Shown here: positions 1 through 15,154 of the stretch, one piece after another
How positions within the stretch are numbered: position 1 is the stretch's first letter
Layout: each line of letters begins with the position of its first letter
Assembly: GCF_009914755.1 (NCBI RefSeq)
Contig: NC_060927.1
Length of the DNA stretch: 64,000 nucleotides
From: the human T2T-CHM13v2.0 reference genome, Homo sapiens
Reading direction: 5' to 3' (one strand)
The notes under the pieces: model-generated
What the model was told of the DNA's origin: nothing
Seen by the model: the letters and a program-made list of their open reading frames with translations, nothing else
The model's database searches: none
Translations under genes and position numbers: made by a program

Positions 1-718
1 AAGGAGAGCACATTATCTTAGTGATGGAAGGTAGACAAGTCGTCTCTGCCTCGGGTCGAATGAAGTTAGTGTGCATGGTCTATTGGTATGTTACTGTTGT
101 TTTTGGTTCTAAATGCTAGGACAGGGTAAGACTGAATAACTGGGCAGGGATCTTAACCTCTGCAGTGTTTGTCCAGCACTCTCCCTTGAGGTGTCAGATG
201 ATGACTAATGGTTACCGAAAAGCAGTGTGGGCCAAGACCTTGCTGACATTTGTTTCCTGCTACTGTTTTTGGAATCAGCTTTAATCCTTTTCAAAGTTTA
301 TTCTGAAGGTAGTTGTCATTAATTTCATACCTTAGCTTTGCCAGCATCCCATGACTATGGTAGTAGTCATTACTTTAACATCTCAAGAATCTAGTTCATG
401 TCAGATTTTGAAAAATAAATAAATAGAAATCCAATGTTTCTCTATGTGAGTACAGAACTCTACTCCTCTTATACATGACCTCTGTATTGGTGAGCACAAT
501 CTAACTTGTGAGGTTGCCAATAATAAAAATTGCATTTGTCATATAGGTTGTATGTTTTATATAGTTGGCAAAGCATTTTATAATATTAGTAATAAAAATA
601 AGAGAAATAAAAATGGCCATTTATTGAGTTTGTCTGCCCAAGAGGACAGCTTCAAAAAGCTAGATGAGCCCTTACCTCTACTTCAGGACCAGCGCAGAAA
701 GTGGCTGGTAATTATTGA

Positions 719-1047
<329 letters not shown>

Positions 1048-1340
1048 ACGAACAATAATTTATAGCACCAAGTCAAAACTTGTCCAGGGACAGAGTTCCC
1101 CTTAATGAACTTTAGGATACAAAAACAAATTTTGTTGTGATAACACTTGACTCATATTTTGCCTGGTTTTCATTATAATAAAGGGGGAAAAACGTTGTCT
1201 TTCCCGAGTGACTCAATTAAAAAAAAAATTTTAGCTGGCCATCAATTTACTACAGCTAAAAGTCAGCTTCCTAATTGTTCACTACCACAGTTATGTCTCT
1301 ACAACCAATAGCAGCCAGATCACATTTTTTCCTCAAACTG

Positions 1341-1428
1341 TATGTCACAATCATTTGAATTTGTCACAAATCACTTGTCACAAATCATTTGTCAAAAATC
1401 ATATGTCACAAATCATTTGAATTTGTCA
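1341..1428. repeat. Short minisatellite, ~14-bp unit TGTCACAAATCA(T/C)T
   Basis: Six TGTCA-containing units; the block TATGTCACAA(A)TCATTTGAATTTGTCA occurs at both ends (1341-1366, 1402-1428). Confidence 0.9.
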
Positions 1429-4325
1429 ATTATGATAGCAAAATGGCAATTAACTATGGATTTCTGTTTCTAAGATAGCTTTTTGAAAATCAGCAGTGAA
1501 ATAGCTAAATGCAAGCCTGGGAATGATTTTTCTGATCTTGAGAATATGAAAAAAAATTTCAAAAGTTTGTTGCTGTGTCTGCAACATTGTTTTGTGAAAT
1601 GACAAAGCCTCAGACATCAAATGCTTGTCACAAGCACTGGGAATCAAAGTATGGGTTTATTTAGTGTTTCTCCTGTAAGTCCACATGTTTCCTGAGTAGA
1701 CTGCATGGGGGCATATAGATCAGGGAGAAGAAGTAATCATTTGGGCCCTGGCCTGTTTTAAATTGTAACAATGCTAGGATAACACTGAAAATAGCTTGGC
1801 AAATTTGATTATTTGAGGAGGCTTTTAGGGTTTAGTGAATGTACAAATAAATTCTGTCATTACAATTTCCAACATGCTTGGTCTCCCTTCCATTTTGTGT
1901 TTATGAAACAAACTTAACATTCCACTCAAATCGCTTTACTGTGAGCAATGCAAGAAAAGCAAACAAGTAAATCAAAAGCCTTTCCACTTGTACCTTTTTG
2001 GTATAAATACGCCACGTTCTTCTGTGAAATATAAACTCTTGCTTTTATAGGAGTGGGAAGATTTACTTCAAAAATTATTTCCAAACACTCATTTCAGCTC
2101 ATGCAAAGGAATGCATCGTGGCTGCAAGCCAAGGGGAATTTTATTCCAAAGACCCCTCCTGGAGGAATCTTTAAGAGGAGACTAAGGTCTCTGCAGGTAT
2201 GTCACCCATCAAGCTCACTAATGGGTACTCCTAACCTGACAGGCCACATGCTCTTACTAAAGAGATGGTTTTCATGATAGAGTTCTTTCATTTCAATGTT
2301 TCATACATTCCTCTGGCATCACACCTGCACTTTTATAAGTATCCAGCCACAGCAATAACCTTCAGGCTGTACAGTATATGAAATATCCCTACCATATATC
2401 CAGGTTAAATATAAACTCAAACATTTTCTTTGTACCTCAGCCAAGAGACTATATTAGAAAGAAAGTTCTAGTCCATGTAAATTCTAGAGAAAGCTAAAGT
2501 TTGGGAGAGATCTACTTACTGACTAAACATATCGAGTAGCATCAGTCCTGTTATTTTTGTGGCACTTGCATTGATCTTATAAATACTAATTGCAATTAAG
2601 TCTATAGAAGACTAGGGCTGGATAGACTATTTATATCATATAGTCCCACTGTTTCATTTTACAGGTGGATAAAGAACCTGCCTAGAATATTAGCAGCAGA
2701 AGTATAATTAGAAGCTACCTCTTCGATTAAAACAAACATTCACAAATAGACACTTGGGATTTTAGTCACCACTATTTCAAAGTAGAGGTGAGTTTGTGCA
2801 TGTCTTGTTTATGTAACAGGTTTGCTGGTCACTTCAGTCATAGAACTGTGATAGATGACAAGTGTCTGAGGATACAAAATAAATGTGACAGGATCCTAAT
2901 CTTTTAGTAAATATAGCCCAGTTAGGACAAGAAGACATACACAGACTATTGATATCAAGAACTGGGAATTTACAAGCTTTTAGGGCAGAGTGGGTGGGTG
3001 GCAGGCAATATAATGCTGTAAAAATTAGGAGAAATGTGAAATCACAGTAACCTGGAAGGTTCAGGAAAGGACTCACTGAGAAAGTAGGACTGAGGGTCTT
3101 GAAAAACAGAAAACATGTGGATGTCCCAGCTGCAGAATAGTAATGTTACAGCAGAAATGTCTCAGATCTATTTATAAGATAGTGTTTTGGATAACGTGGC
3201 TCATGTGGAAGGTTTCGATTCCAGAGTAATGGGAAACAAGGTGGAACAGGACTGGATTATGGGGATCTTTGATACTAAGGTGAGTTGTTTTGCTTTTTAT
3301 TCCCGGAAAAGGGGAAACAGATAGATATATCTATGCATTATCTATATGTGCATGTTTGTGAATGTAGTCATAAAAATATATCTCTCTTATTCCAAAAAGG
3401 GCTGTGAAAAGTAAAAACTAAAATACGTGAGGTAAAATTTCACTTATTGGCAGGGAGAACTTCCTCATTGGCAGGGAGGAGAGTGTAAGACTGGAGGCCT
3501 ATGATAAACTTTATAATATCCTTTTAGTTGTGGAAACATTAGCCTGGTTGTTGTAGGACTAAGTGGGAGTAAAGGGATACTGGAGAAGAGGCAAAATTTT
3601 GGGGAAACCCTTGTACTTCTCTTTCTCATATAACAGAGAAGTAAGTTGGTCAAAGGGAAATGCAAAGCTAAAGGCATGCTTAAAATTTCAAAACTAGTTA
3701 ACTTGGAATATGGTGGTAATAGCAATGGAAATAGTATTTTTTAGGTGGCTACAAATTTTGGTTGTGGGTTGGAGAAATTTTTCATTTCACTTTGAGCTAG
3801 TTTGTGTTTGATATAATGAAAAGGCATCCAAATAAGTACATCTTCCTAGAAGTCAAGCATCTTGACAAGAGATCTGATCAACCAAATATCGAGCAAAGTC
3901 TTCACTTGAGACATACTTGAGGTCTTTTCCCAGACAGAAAGCCAGAGAGAAGAGTTTCCTAAATGAAGGAGCAATCTATTATTATAAATAAGTTAGAGCA
4001 ACCAAGAAGGACAGAAAAAAAAATGTTTATTTTGATGTTTGTCAGCCCTTACCTTGCTAAGAAATGTATTGCCCTAGATGTTCATAAGACTTATAAAAAT
4101 GCTTTTATAATTAACAAAGGGTATGATGAACTGTAGTAAGAGTTAAACACATTTCTTTAGGATACAGCGTTCAGATTTTTTTTTTTTTATGTACTACTGT
4201 AACAGTTAATCTGTGTAAATGGGACACTGTATTTCACATTTTTCAAACTCTTTCGGCCAAAAACCTTCTAGTCTGCTTCAGACTGGCTCAAAAAACTAAT
4301 CAGCTGCCTGAGACTCTATTTGTTG

Positions 4326-4326
<1 letters not shown>

Positions 4327-4372
<46 letters not shown>
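4327..4372. repeat. Compound microsatellite (CA)7(TA)16
   Basis: Read directly. Confidence 0.97.
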
Positions 4373-4375
<3 letters not shown>

Positions 4376-5149
4376 AACTTCAGTAACGTTGATGAATGAC
4401 TTTAATTATAAAATAATGACCTAAGTGATCCCAGAATCCCGAATGCAGATATTGAAATAGCTCTTCATCTGCTGTGACATCTGCTTCCCTAATATACTTA
4501 CATGAATAAGATAAGTATAGAGTGAAAAGTGTTCTTCTCAGGGTCACGTGGGTTCTGACAGAAGAGCTGAAACCTGGTCTTTTAATTCCAAAGTTAATAA
4601 TTTTTTAGTATAGTTCGCTGTGCCTGAGACTAAGTGGACAATCTTCCTTCTTCAGCAGGGAAATTAAGAGTCTACCATTTTTAATCAGTGCATATAAAAA
4701 TGTCAGACCCAAAATGTATCTCTCCAAAAGTCGGTGGCAGACATCAGTTTCTCCATGCCACCCAGAATAACGCAAATTAAAGTTGCAAAGTGACTGCTAG
4801 TAAGTATAGAAGATAACTATAGGATTGTGTTTAAATGAAGAGACTGGCTTGAATTGAACCACAGCCTAGAAAAATTATATCAAATAGACTGTGAAATTAT
4901 ATTCGGTGGTTAAAAAAACTGAGGGTTTCTGATTCCAATTTTGTATATACTGTGGGTTTACATTGGCTCCCTTCCCCTTGAAATGTTATAGTGTGGCAGA
5001 GTGTAGCAGCTGCATGTTTGGTCTGTGCTAAGAAAAGACTGCCACTATGCACTTCCACATATGGAGTCCTGCTTTGTCTGCAGAGAGGACTATGAGCTTT
5101 CTATTTCTAGAGGTTCTAAAGCTCAAGCTGCTTTACTTCATCTTTCCAT

Positions 5150-5690
5150 TCCACCCGAGCAACATTTAATGAGGGGCCTGTACTGGCCATTGGGTAGGTG
5201 GGAACAGTGGGGAGAAATCTGAGATAATTCCTGTGTTTTAGTAGTGAATCTGGGGGGTGGGGTGGGAAATCAGGCAAATACCTATAATTTGGGGTTAAGT
5301 AAGGGCCCTTAAGAGAAGTAAAAAGAAATTCTATAAGTATTCAAAGTAGGAGAAAGAACTTCTGAATAGATGGATCTGAAAAGTCTTCATGGGGATCTTA
5401 CTACAAATATGGCATCTGTAACAGACCTTGATGGATAGATGAGATTTCAACAGGCAGAGGTGCTGGGAAGGGCATTTCACCATGAGTAAGACATAGAGGA
5501 AAAGCGTCATCTATATTTGAGAGTTAGTTTTCTAGGAGTACAAGTGTTGGGAGTGGGGTTTGAAAGAGCAAAGAATACTAACATGGTAGTCTGATGCCAA
5601 AGTGGGGTGGGGTTTGAAAGTTAAGCACATATTAGGTTTTATTTTGGGGAGAACATGAAACTTGTAAAGCAACTGAGTGATTTGTAGCTC
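5150..5690 (-). mobile_element. L2 (LINE2) fragment, degenerate
   Basis: CATTCCACCCGAGCAACATTTAATGAGGGGCCTGTACTG start and the purine-rich body typical of antisense L2; boundaries approximate. Confidence 0.55.
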
Positions 5691-6713
5691 TAAAAATTTC
5701 CTTCCAGAAACATCTCCATCTGAGAGAGGAGAAAGTCTATGTTGTTAGTTTGTTCGAGTAGCATAGGATGGTCTACGAGAGAGCTGGATTAGATCAATCT
5801 TACTGAGCAATGCGTGGCAGTATACCCTACTCCTTCCAACCAGTTCTCCACCTGGCCCTGAATGCTGAGTGTTATGGAATCAACCTGCATACTCACACTC
5901 CAGCAGTTCCGTTGGTAGGGCATCCCAATAAGGTACTACACTTCCACATTTCACATTTCTGGAAGACTCACTTTCTGTTCATTTAAAACGTTTCATATTT
6001 TGAAGACTCCACAGCAAACCCAATTTTAAGCCAGAGAGAAATTTTAGCCAAGTCATTAAAATGAATATAGCCTTCCATCTGAGAGTTGCCATCTCTACTC
6101 TTTCTACCCAGAAAAACATGTGGTTTTATTATGAAATAATATAAGCAGCTTTTGTTCTTTTTTATTTGGAAACACTCCCATGAGGCACTAGAGGAAATCT
6201 CATTTGCCTCTACATGGAGACAGTGAAGCAGAGAGATTCTGTTCCACTTTCATTAATCTTTGCTCCTTGCCCCATGTGAGTAGAGGAAGTACTGTGGGAA
6301 AGGGTATATGACTTGAAACTTATTAAATCTGTGTGTCTAGGAGCTGAGGACGCTAAGACCCTATAGAAATAAAAGGAAGATGACTAGGAGCCTAAGTCCC
6401 ACCCTTCCAACTTCCAGCTTTAATGTAAAAAGAAGCTAACAGCAAATGCCTGGATGCAACTTGCATATTCTCAAAGAGAAGATGGTGAGTATATGCGTGT
6501 ATGCCTAAAATACACAAGGGTATTCTACCATTTAATTTACAAAGAATGTTAATATAAATAATCTTAAGTCATCATCATGTGTAGACTGGGCAGATATTCA
6601 TATCCCAATTTTGCAAATAAGAAGAATGAAGTTCAGAGAGGTCAGGTAATAATAGTTGCCACTATTATTAAACATGTAATACACCAGAGACCTGAAATAA
6701 ATGTATTACCACG

Positions 6714-7131
6714 TGTTTTGCGCTAAATGGTGTCTCCCAAAATTCTTATGTACTAACAACTAGTATTTTAGAATATGGCTGTATTTGGAGATGAAACCTC
6801 TAAAGAAGAAACTGAGTTAAAATGAGGCCATAAGGGTGGGCCCTAATCCAATCTGGTGGTTTTTTGGTTTGTTATTTGTTTGTTTTTGAGAAGAGGAGAT
6901 TAGGACACAGAGAGAGACACCAGGGGAACGAGCACAAACAGAGGAAACACTACATAAAGACACAATAAGAGGGCAACAATCTGCAAGCCAAGGAGAGAGG
7001 CCACAGGAAAAACCAAACCTGACTCCTTGACTTTGGGTTTCTGGCCTCTAGAACAGTCAGAAGGTAAATGTCTGCTGTTTAACCTACCCAGTCTGTGGTT
7101 TTTGTGATGGCTGCCCTAGCAAACTAATATA
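6714..7131 (+). mobile_element. MLT1 (MaLR) solo LTR, MLT1B/C-like
   Basis: TGT...CCCAAAATTC...GTATTTGGAGAT...TTAAAATGAGGCCATAAGGGTGGGCCCTAATCCAAT...TCTGCAAGCCAAGGAGAGAGGCC...GCCCTAGCAAACTAATA; interrupts MIR-like sequence. Confidence 0.88.
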
Positions 7132-7412
7132 TGCTGAAAATAACAAGTTTGGCATCAGTAGCTTCATTTGCAATTGAGAAATTCAAAAATAGTAATTTAA
7201 TCTGACTTTAAACTCATTTCTGTCTTACACTGGAAATCACACCCTTAAGCTCTACTATATCCTCCCAGCATGATCAATGACAATGCTGGCAACTAAAGTA
7301 TTCTAACTTTTAATCCAGTGTTCTTTCTACAAAGGTATCAAAAAGTGACCTTGGTAGACTCATTACGACATTAAAACAGAATGGGAAACAAAGTTAAGAA
7401 AAAATATAGTTC

Positions 7413-7681
<269 letters not shown>

Positions 7682-8591
7682 TCATGCAAAAATGAAAATG
7701 TCTGCTTTTCTTTTATACTTTCTCAGAATAAGACTAAACAATTCAAGAAAAATGATTTTTGTAAGCATTCTGGAGTGATACATTTGTTTTTATTTATGGT
7801 CCTTAAACCTTCCATTTTGGTTTATCCTAAAAAATAAGTTTGATCAAGACCCTCTTCCTTTAAGCATCTCCACTTATTTTATTGGAAGTAAACAGTTTTC
7901 CTAATGCAGAAAGCTTCCCAAAGGGAAGATAGTTTTCTGATATTATTTTGATTAGCTGGTAAAGTTACTGAAAAGTGCTGAAAACCCCAAATACCAGAGC
8001 ACCCGACAGAAAGAGCTGCCTGGGGAATGTCATCTTAATTTCGTCAAGCAGATTTTTTAAGACTCCAGATAAACTATGGTCTGATTAAATTAAAAGCAAA
8101 ATTTCTAATGGGCATAGATTAACTTACAACACAATCATATGGTAGAGTATTATATGCCCACTGAGAATAATTAGAATGCAAACATGCTCATGATATACTC
8201 TCGAATGAAAAAAGCAGATTGTATGACATTCTGGATAATATGATTCTACTCATGTAACATAAATTCACTAGAAAAATGTTATACATCAAATGTTAATGGT
8301 CATGATATCCACGTGGAGAAATGAGACTTAATAATTGACTACTTCTAATTTTTTTCTTGTTTTCTAATTTTAAAAACAAACATATGTGTGGTATATGAAG
8401 AAACAGGAATGGAAGTAGAATGAGAAAGGAAGCAAAGGTAGAGCTTAGTCATGATTTCCTAAATAAATATTTCAAGCATGAAAGGGCTTCATCTTGAAAT
8501 TGGGACAAATTATGCCACCAGTCAATTTAATTTATATAGTTTATATAAGACAAGTGAAATTTCAAAAAGGTGTGTGCCTGTGTGTAGGTAA

Positions 8592-8593
<2 letters not shown>

Positions 8594-8633
<40 letters not shown>
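8594..8633. repeat. (GT)20 microsatellite
   Basis: Perfect dinucleotide run. Confidence 0.98.
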
Positions 8634-8635
<2 letters not shown>

Positions 8636-8709
8636 TGGGGGGCAGGGGACATATTTAAATGTACAAAGGAAAACAGCTGTAGGAAATTTTCTTGTGAATT
8701 CCTGCTGTC

Positions 8710-9230
8710 CTTAATCTATTTACCACACTGCAGCCAGAGTGATCTTTCTAAAATGCAAATCTGATCTTATCCCTCTCTGATTTAAAACTTCCAAAGGCTC
8801 CCCACTGGTCTAAGGATAAAGTTCAAATTCCTAAACATGACTCACAAGCTCTTGCCTGACTGCTCGTGGTTTACCTGCTCAGACTTAAATCTCATTATTC
8901 TCTGCTGTTTTCTAAAATACGGTCCTGATGAATTTTGTCTCAGTTCCACTCAGTCTCCCCTCTGGGTTTCTAGTGTTCCTCTTCTTGGGCAATTCTCCTT
9001 CCAAATCTTTGACTGATTATTTCTCACTCATCTGTAGTGACTAGCTTAAACATCATTTCCTCTGCTACGTCTTCCATGAACAACTAAATCCCATATGATC
9101 CCATCCACTTCTGGACTTCCCCTCGTGGTGCCTCTCTGGTAGTATTATAATCATCCACTGTTATGTCTGTATTCCCCCCAGTGGCTCTCTGGGGGCAGAG
9201 TTCTGAAGACACTGTTTACCAGTATACAGA
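8710..9230 (+). mobile_element. L2 3' region
   Basis: Characteristic CCACACTGCAGCCAGAGTGATCTTTCTAAAATGCAAATCTGATC...AAAACTTCCAAAGGCTCCCCACTG. Confidence 0.8.
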
Positions 9231-11254
9231 AGATTAAGAGATTTTGTAAGTCAAAATAAAAACTCATCTGTATAAAAAACAGAACTAGTTTCTCTCTTTA
9301 AACTTGAAAGTCCGCTTAGCTCATAAAAAGCTGTGTCTCTATGTGCCTCCGATTGATCGTTGTATTCCCAGTGACTAACTCTTCTTGGCACACCTTGGGC
9401 TCTCAATAAGGACTGTAAGAAAAGCTGTTCATATGGTTGTTCACGCATCAAACACTGACTGAGAGCCCTGGATGGGCTACTGTGGACTAGTTACCAACTA
9501 TGCGTGATAGGCACACAGGGCATGGATGTGCTCTTCGATATATATTGATATGAATATAATAAGAGATTATAGCATTGGGAGGGCTACACAGTAAATACAC
9601 ATGACAATGATCAGGTGATGAGTCAAGTGCAAAGGAGAATGATGTGAGAACACATAGAAAGGACACCTAACTCAATTTATTATACCACCAAGTTTTAAAA
9701 ATTATGGCAGCTGGTTACAAACTATAGCAGTCTCCTGATAGCTGTTTTTCAAAAGAACTTTAGTTAAACTGGAACTAGTAAGTTATTCTAAAGAGTTAAA
9801 AATAGAAATAAACCAATGACAGTTGAAGATCTGTTAGCAAACTTTGATAAGCTGAAAGGCATTTACTAAAAGGTGTAGAATTCAGTCAGCTACTGGATGA
9901 TGGATACATCTGTGGAAGGACAAGTGGATGTGTCTTCCTGCCACATAGGACAGGGCAAGGGTGAGACATGTAAGAAGAGAAAAATAGACAAATAAAAATC
10001 TGTAAATTCCAAAGAGAAAACAGATTTTCCTTGTAAATATTTTCCCTTAGGACTTTTAACATCCTTTAGGGAAATGGTGATTTTAACAACCCTGGCTTTG
10101 CCTGAGGCTCAGTTTTCAAATATCTTTTCCAGGTCCAGAGAGTAAGTGGAATGGTCCTGGCTGCCAAATGCTAATAGCTTGAAAATCCTCCACGAGAGAA
10201 GAAAATCAATTAAGATGTAATTAAATCATCACTTCATCATTTCTGCATATGAAATATTACACTGAGATCAAGAATTTGGTGTGAGTAGAGTATCAGTAAA
10301 TGTTAGCTTTGATCTTATTTTTTTTTAAGTAGGAAAAAAGTAGGTGTAATGTTTTCTTGATATTTTTCCCGAAGAAAATTACTCTCTGGGCATTTGCTGT
10401 CTACTAGCGAGAAAAAAAAATTTGGTGGCAAAATATGGACAATAAATAGTTGATTTATGAGAAGTATTTATTGCTTACAGGTGAGGAATTAGGGAATGAT
10501 TCATGAAGAATGTAACATTTGTGCTGATCCTGGAGGAAAAGATGTGATTTGAATATGAGAAGCAGGGCTCAGCCCAGGCTTGTTGAACTAAAAGATTGAA
10601 TGAAGGAATGAATAACTATTTCAAGTCTTTGTAAAGTTACAGGATTTCTTGTCATTGATATTTCTTTCTCCTATTTTGATGCAAATAATTTCACCCCTTC
10701 TGAGAGAAAAGTAGATAGGTGATCCACAGGTATGGCTACGTGAGAAGCATATCATTTAGGAGAGAGAAGTAAGGCTCTACCTAAAGGAGCAGACACCTAG
10801 GATCAACCTTGACAGATGGATAGGGTTTGGCAGCTTAAGGTGAAAAGGTTATCTTCTAGGTAAAGCAATCGTAACTGATGAAAGCAGGCTGCCTAGAAAG
10901 TGCAGGCTATGTACTGGGAAAGAAGCTCCAATTGGCTGCATCTGAGACTGACGACTGGAGAGAAATGGGACATTAGGAAGGAGGAGAGATTTCATTCACA
11001 TTGTGGTTGTATTTGAGTGAACATAGACACCAATCTTGAGCCCACATCTTCTGGGGCTTGAGTCATAATGAAAAGCTCACTGTCTTCTTTGCCGCTCTTG
11101 GTGGCCTCGTGGCTTCTCTAATTCCCTGGCCTTAGCATGGAAGCCTCTTTATCATTCTGCTCTGTATGACTCTTTCCATACTCCCCGGCTGGTGCCTTCA
11201 GAGCCACAGAAACTTCCTTACTAGACTTGTGAGGAAGGAGGGAGCCTTGGTAAG

Positions 11255-11400
11255 AGGGAATGTGTAAGACCAGACATCAGAAGAGAGGAATTCTAGTTTT
11301 GGCTCTGCTGGCAACCTGTCGAGTGACCTTAAGCAAACCATTCAATATCTCTGAATCTGCTGCTTCATCTGTAAAATGAAGGGTTGGGCCAGATGATTTT
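11255..11400 (+). mobile_element. MIR fragment (interrupted by Alu)
   Basis: MIR core GTGACCTTAAGCAAACCATTCAATATCTCTGAATCTGCTGCTTCATCTGTAAAATG. Confidence 0.75.
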
Positions 11401-11655
11401 ATTTCATTATTATTTTTTAATGTTTAGAGACAGAGTCTCACTCTGACACTGAGGATGGAGTGCAGGGCTGATCATAGCTCACTGCAACCGGCAACTCCTG
11501 GGCTCAAGTGATCTCACCTCAGACTCCTGAGTAGCTGGGACCACAGGTGTGCACCATCATGCTTGGCTAATTTTTAAAAATTATTTGCTGACACGAAACC
11601 TCACTATGTTGCCTACTTTCCTGAGATTACAGGCATGAGCCACTGCATCTAGCCT
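11401..11655 (-). mobile_element. AluJ with internal deletion in the left arm
   Basis: J-type TGATCATAGCTCACTGCA..CCTGGGCTCAAGTGATC; left arm jumps from CTATGTTGCC to GAGATTACAGG; flanks AGATGATTTT / ACATGATTTT. Confidence 0.88.
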
Positions 11656-12623
11656 AGGACACATGATTTTTAAGATGACTTCCAGTTTCCTATGTTTATC
11701 TCTTTAGTTTCTATAAATTCTAAGAATTAAAGGCTTAAATAGTATAATCTGCTTAATCCACTTTAGAAACTAAATTGTGAAAAAATGTAAAAGCATGCTT
11801 CAGTGTCTAACAAGCCTTACTCAGAGCCCCCTTGGCTCTGTTTACTCACTGAAGAATAACTGATTCCAACCCACGGTTTTCCCTTCATGCCAATACCAGC
11901 GTTCTATGGTAGAAATAGCACTGACCCAGGAGTCTGGCATGAACTTTTTTTGTCTCCCTCAATCATCTTCTTTCGACCAACCTTGAACTACTCCTCAAGA
12001 TAAAATACCTCCCCAAGAGTAGGTCCAGCATTTCTGATTTTCCCAAGCTGATATTGGTAGGATATGATTTATCTCAGCATCATTGCACTCAGCCTGGAAC
12101 TGTCCTAAAGAGGGCAGAGATTACTTCAATCTTTTGGTTATTCCCTGACCAAGCTAAGGTTGAACCAGTGCCCTTGGAGGGCTGCTTGAGACAAGATCAT
12201 AATTGCTACACCCTGCCTGGACTGAAGCTCTGCCCAAGGATAGGACTGGAGATAAATGGTCCACTGGAAGTAAGCAGTTAGGGGACATTTGGGTGGAGAA
12301 ATTTGTGCATGTGTGCATGTGTGTGTGCATGTGCATGTGTGTGTATCTGCGTTGGAGGGTGGGGGTGCTTGCATTCTACTTCTTGACTATTTCCCGTAAA
12401 GTTCAGGCATGAGGGTAGACCTCTATTAAATGTCCTTGCTCTTTAGCTTGCTGTTTTGCCTCTTTATTATCTGTGGCTTCCTTATCCTGGAAGGAGAAAA
12501 CATCCACAACATATATCACTGATGGGATTTTCCATTCTTCTTGTTTTGGTATGTGATAAATCCTAATTTGTTTTACCTTAATTGCCTCATGTGTATAATG
12601 GGAATATTAACACCAAATCCTAA

Positions 12624-12951
<328 letters not shown>

Positions 12952-13099
12952 TAATCTGGCATGTGATTTGTGAAATGAATGCCAATTGTGATCTAAACTG
13001 GTTAGAAAAAATAATAATAATAATGCCAAGTTTGCAAATTAAAACTCCAACATATGTTTAATGTAGTCTCATTGCTTTTTTCCGTTGAATCTGAGACTG

Positions 13100-13320
13100 A
13101 AAAGTTCTTAAGAGTCATCTGGCCAAACCCCACTCTCTCCTCTGGTACTTGCATCTTCTGCAGAGTTCTGTCAATTGTCCCATGACCCCCTTCTTGCACG
13201 CATTCAGCAACAGGACATTCACTACCTTCCAAAACAGCCCATTCTAGCTTTGGGCAGCTTTGGCCATTCCAGAGTCCTATACTTTGTCTTCTTAGAATTT
13301 CTACCAAATTTCCCTCAATC
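13100..13320. mobile_element. L3/CR1 fragment (probable)
   Basis: TTCAGCAACAGGACATTCACTACCTTCCAAAACAGCCCATTC resembles the L3 motif TCCAGTGACGGGGAACTCACTACCTC..AGGCAGCCCATTCC. Confidence 0.55.
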
Positions 13321-14667
13321 TATTGGTCACAGCCATTCCAGATAGATCTAAGGTAGCCATTCAAGTATGAGTCCACTGAATCAATGTGGTTAATTCAGTA
13401 GAAAATGTTGTTCTTCTATGAATGTTTTTATCATGAGCTGCCAATATCTTAATGTACCTTTAGATAGATACATGCATATCTCTATTATGGGAGCTGCTGC
13501 ATCTTCTCTGTGTTTCCTCCCATTTGTTCCTTAGTCCCTTTCCAGCTGTCCTGTCAGTCAGGAAAGGTCTCTCCATATCCTGAAGAATTTTGTTCAGAGA
13601 ACCAGAGATACATGATACATACAGCAATGTCATTTCTTTGTTCTTCATAAATTAGCCATGACTGGGGCAGTGAAATTCTATTTAGTAATATAAATTTAAG
13701 CCACCTCAGCTGCTCTCTCAGGGAAAAAAAAATAATACTGTTGCTTCCCCAGTTACAAAAGTTTGGGAATCATCCCCCAAAAAATATTTCAAAAAGGTAT
13801 TATTTCCAGAGGCCAAAGAGCATACACATGGATGCAAAAGAACTGTTGACTATATGGAGCCAGTAACAGCGTGGTAAATATATTTGACTCCTGACAATAA
13901 CAAAAGCAAGTCCTGAAGACAGCTTGCATAATGGGAAATGGATTTTAGCAGAAATTCTTCTCTGGATTTCTCTTCAGCACATTCACCACCAGCAGTACCG
14001 TTATGTGTTTGCCATCGAGCCACACCCCTAAGCCACAATGTATTATGCATGTGCCGAGTTGCTGAGTATGGCTGATGCTGCAGCCCTTGTTAGTTAGTCT
14101 TGGAGAAGGAGCAAACACTTTGTTTGTGGATTCACAAGAAAACCTCTACAATCTATTTCCTGAAAGGTTTTTCTCTTTGACTTGAATGATCCTGACTTTT
14201 TGATTAAAGCCAAATTACTCAGGACATTGGAATGGTGAAAACTGGCCCCAAGAGGGCAGAAAAGTGCTTCAATGGCAAAGAGAACTTGCTAATGCCATAG
14301 ACACATATGTCTCTGTATATACACAGAAATACTAGCCCAAGTACAACAGATCTGAGCACGTCAATGGAAAAAAGGTGTTTAGATTACCCTTCTCATGAAT
14401 TGTCAGGTGGCTGAAGTCACAGTGACCGATTCTGTAGTTCCTTATGAATTCATCCTCTTATTATGAAAGGTTTCACAAGCAGTTGGTCAAGAATTATATG
14501 AAACTTTGTAAGGAAGTATTGTTCTACTTGGCAAAGATTGCTTCTATTTTAACATCGATTTTAACTTATTTCACCCATCATTGTGGTCTACCTTGATGAA
14601 CTAATCACTCACATTTGCCACTAATTCAATCTCTCTTGCATCTAGATGCACATTTCTACAAAATAAT

Positions 14668-14817
14668 AATAATAACAAAATCATGGTTATCATGTATTGT
14701 GCCACCTTGCTAAGCACTTAAAATGCATGTATTGTATTTAATCCTTTTAACATCATTATAAATCAGGTGTTAATAGTCCCATTTTTACAGATGAGAAAAT
14801 CAAGGCTTAGATAAGTA
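14668..14817 (-). mobile_element. MIR (interrupted by AluJ)
   Basis: ATTTAATCCT...CCCATTTTTACAGATGAGAAAATCAAGGCTTAG, antisense MIR core; resumes after 15114. Confidence 0.8.

Positions 14818-15154
<337 letters not shown>

Noticed and set aside
6418-6490. Other AG..GT pairs suggesting exons (6418-6484, 12048-12269, 54016-54227)
   Set aside because: No recognisable coding content or consistent exon chain; such pairs are common by chance.
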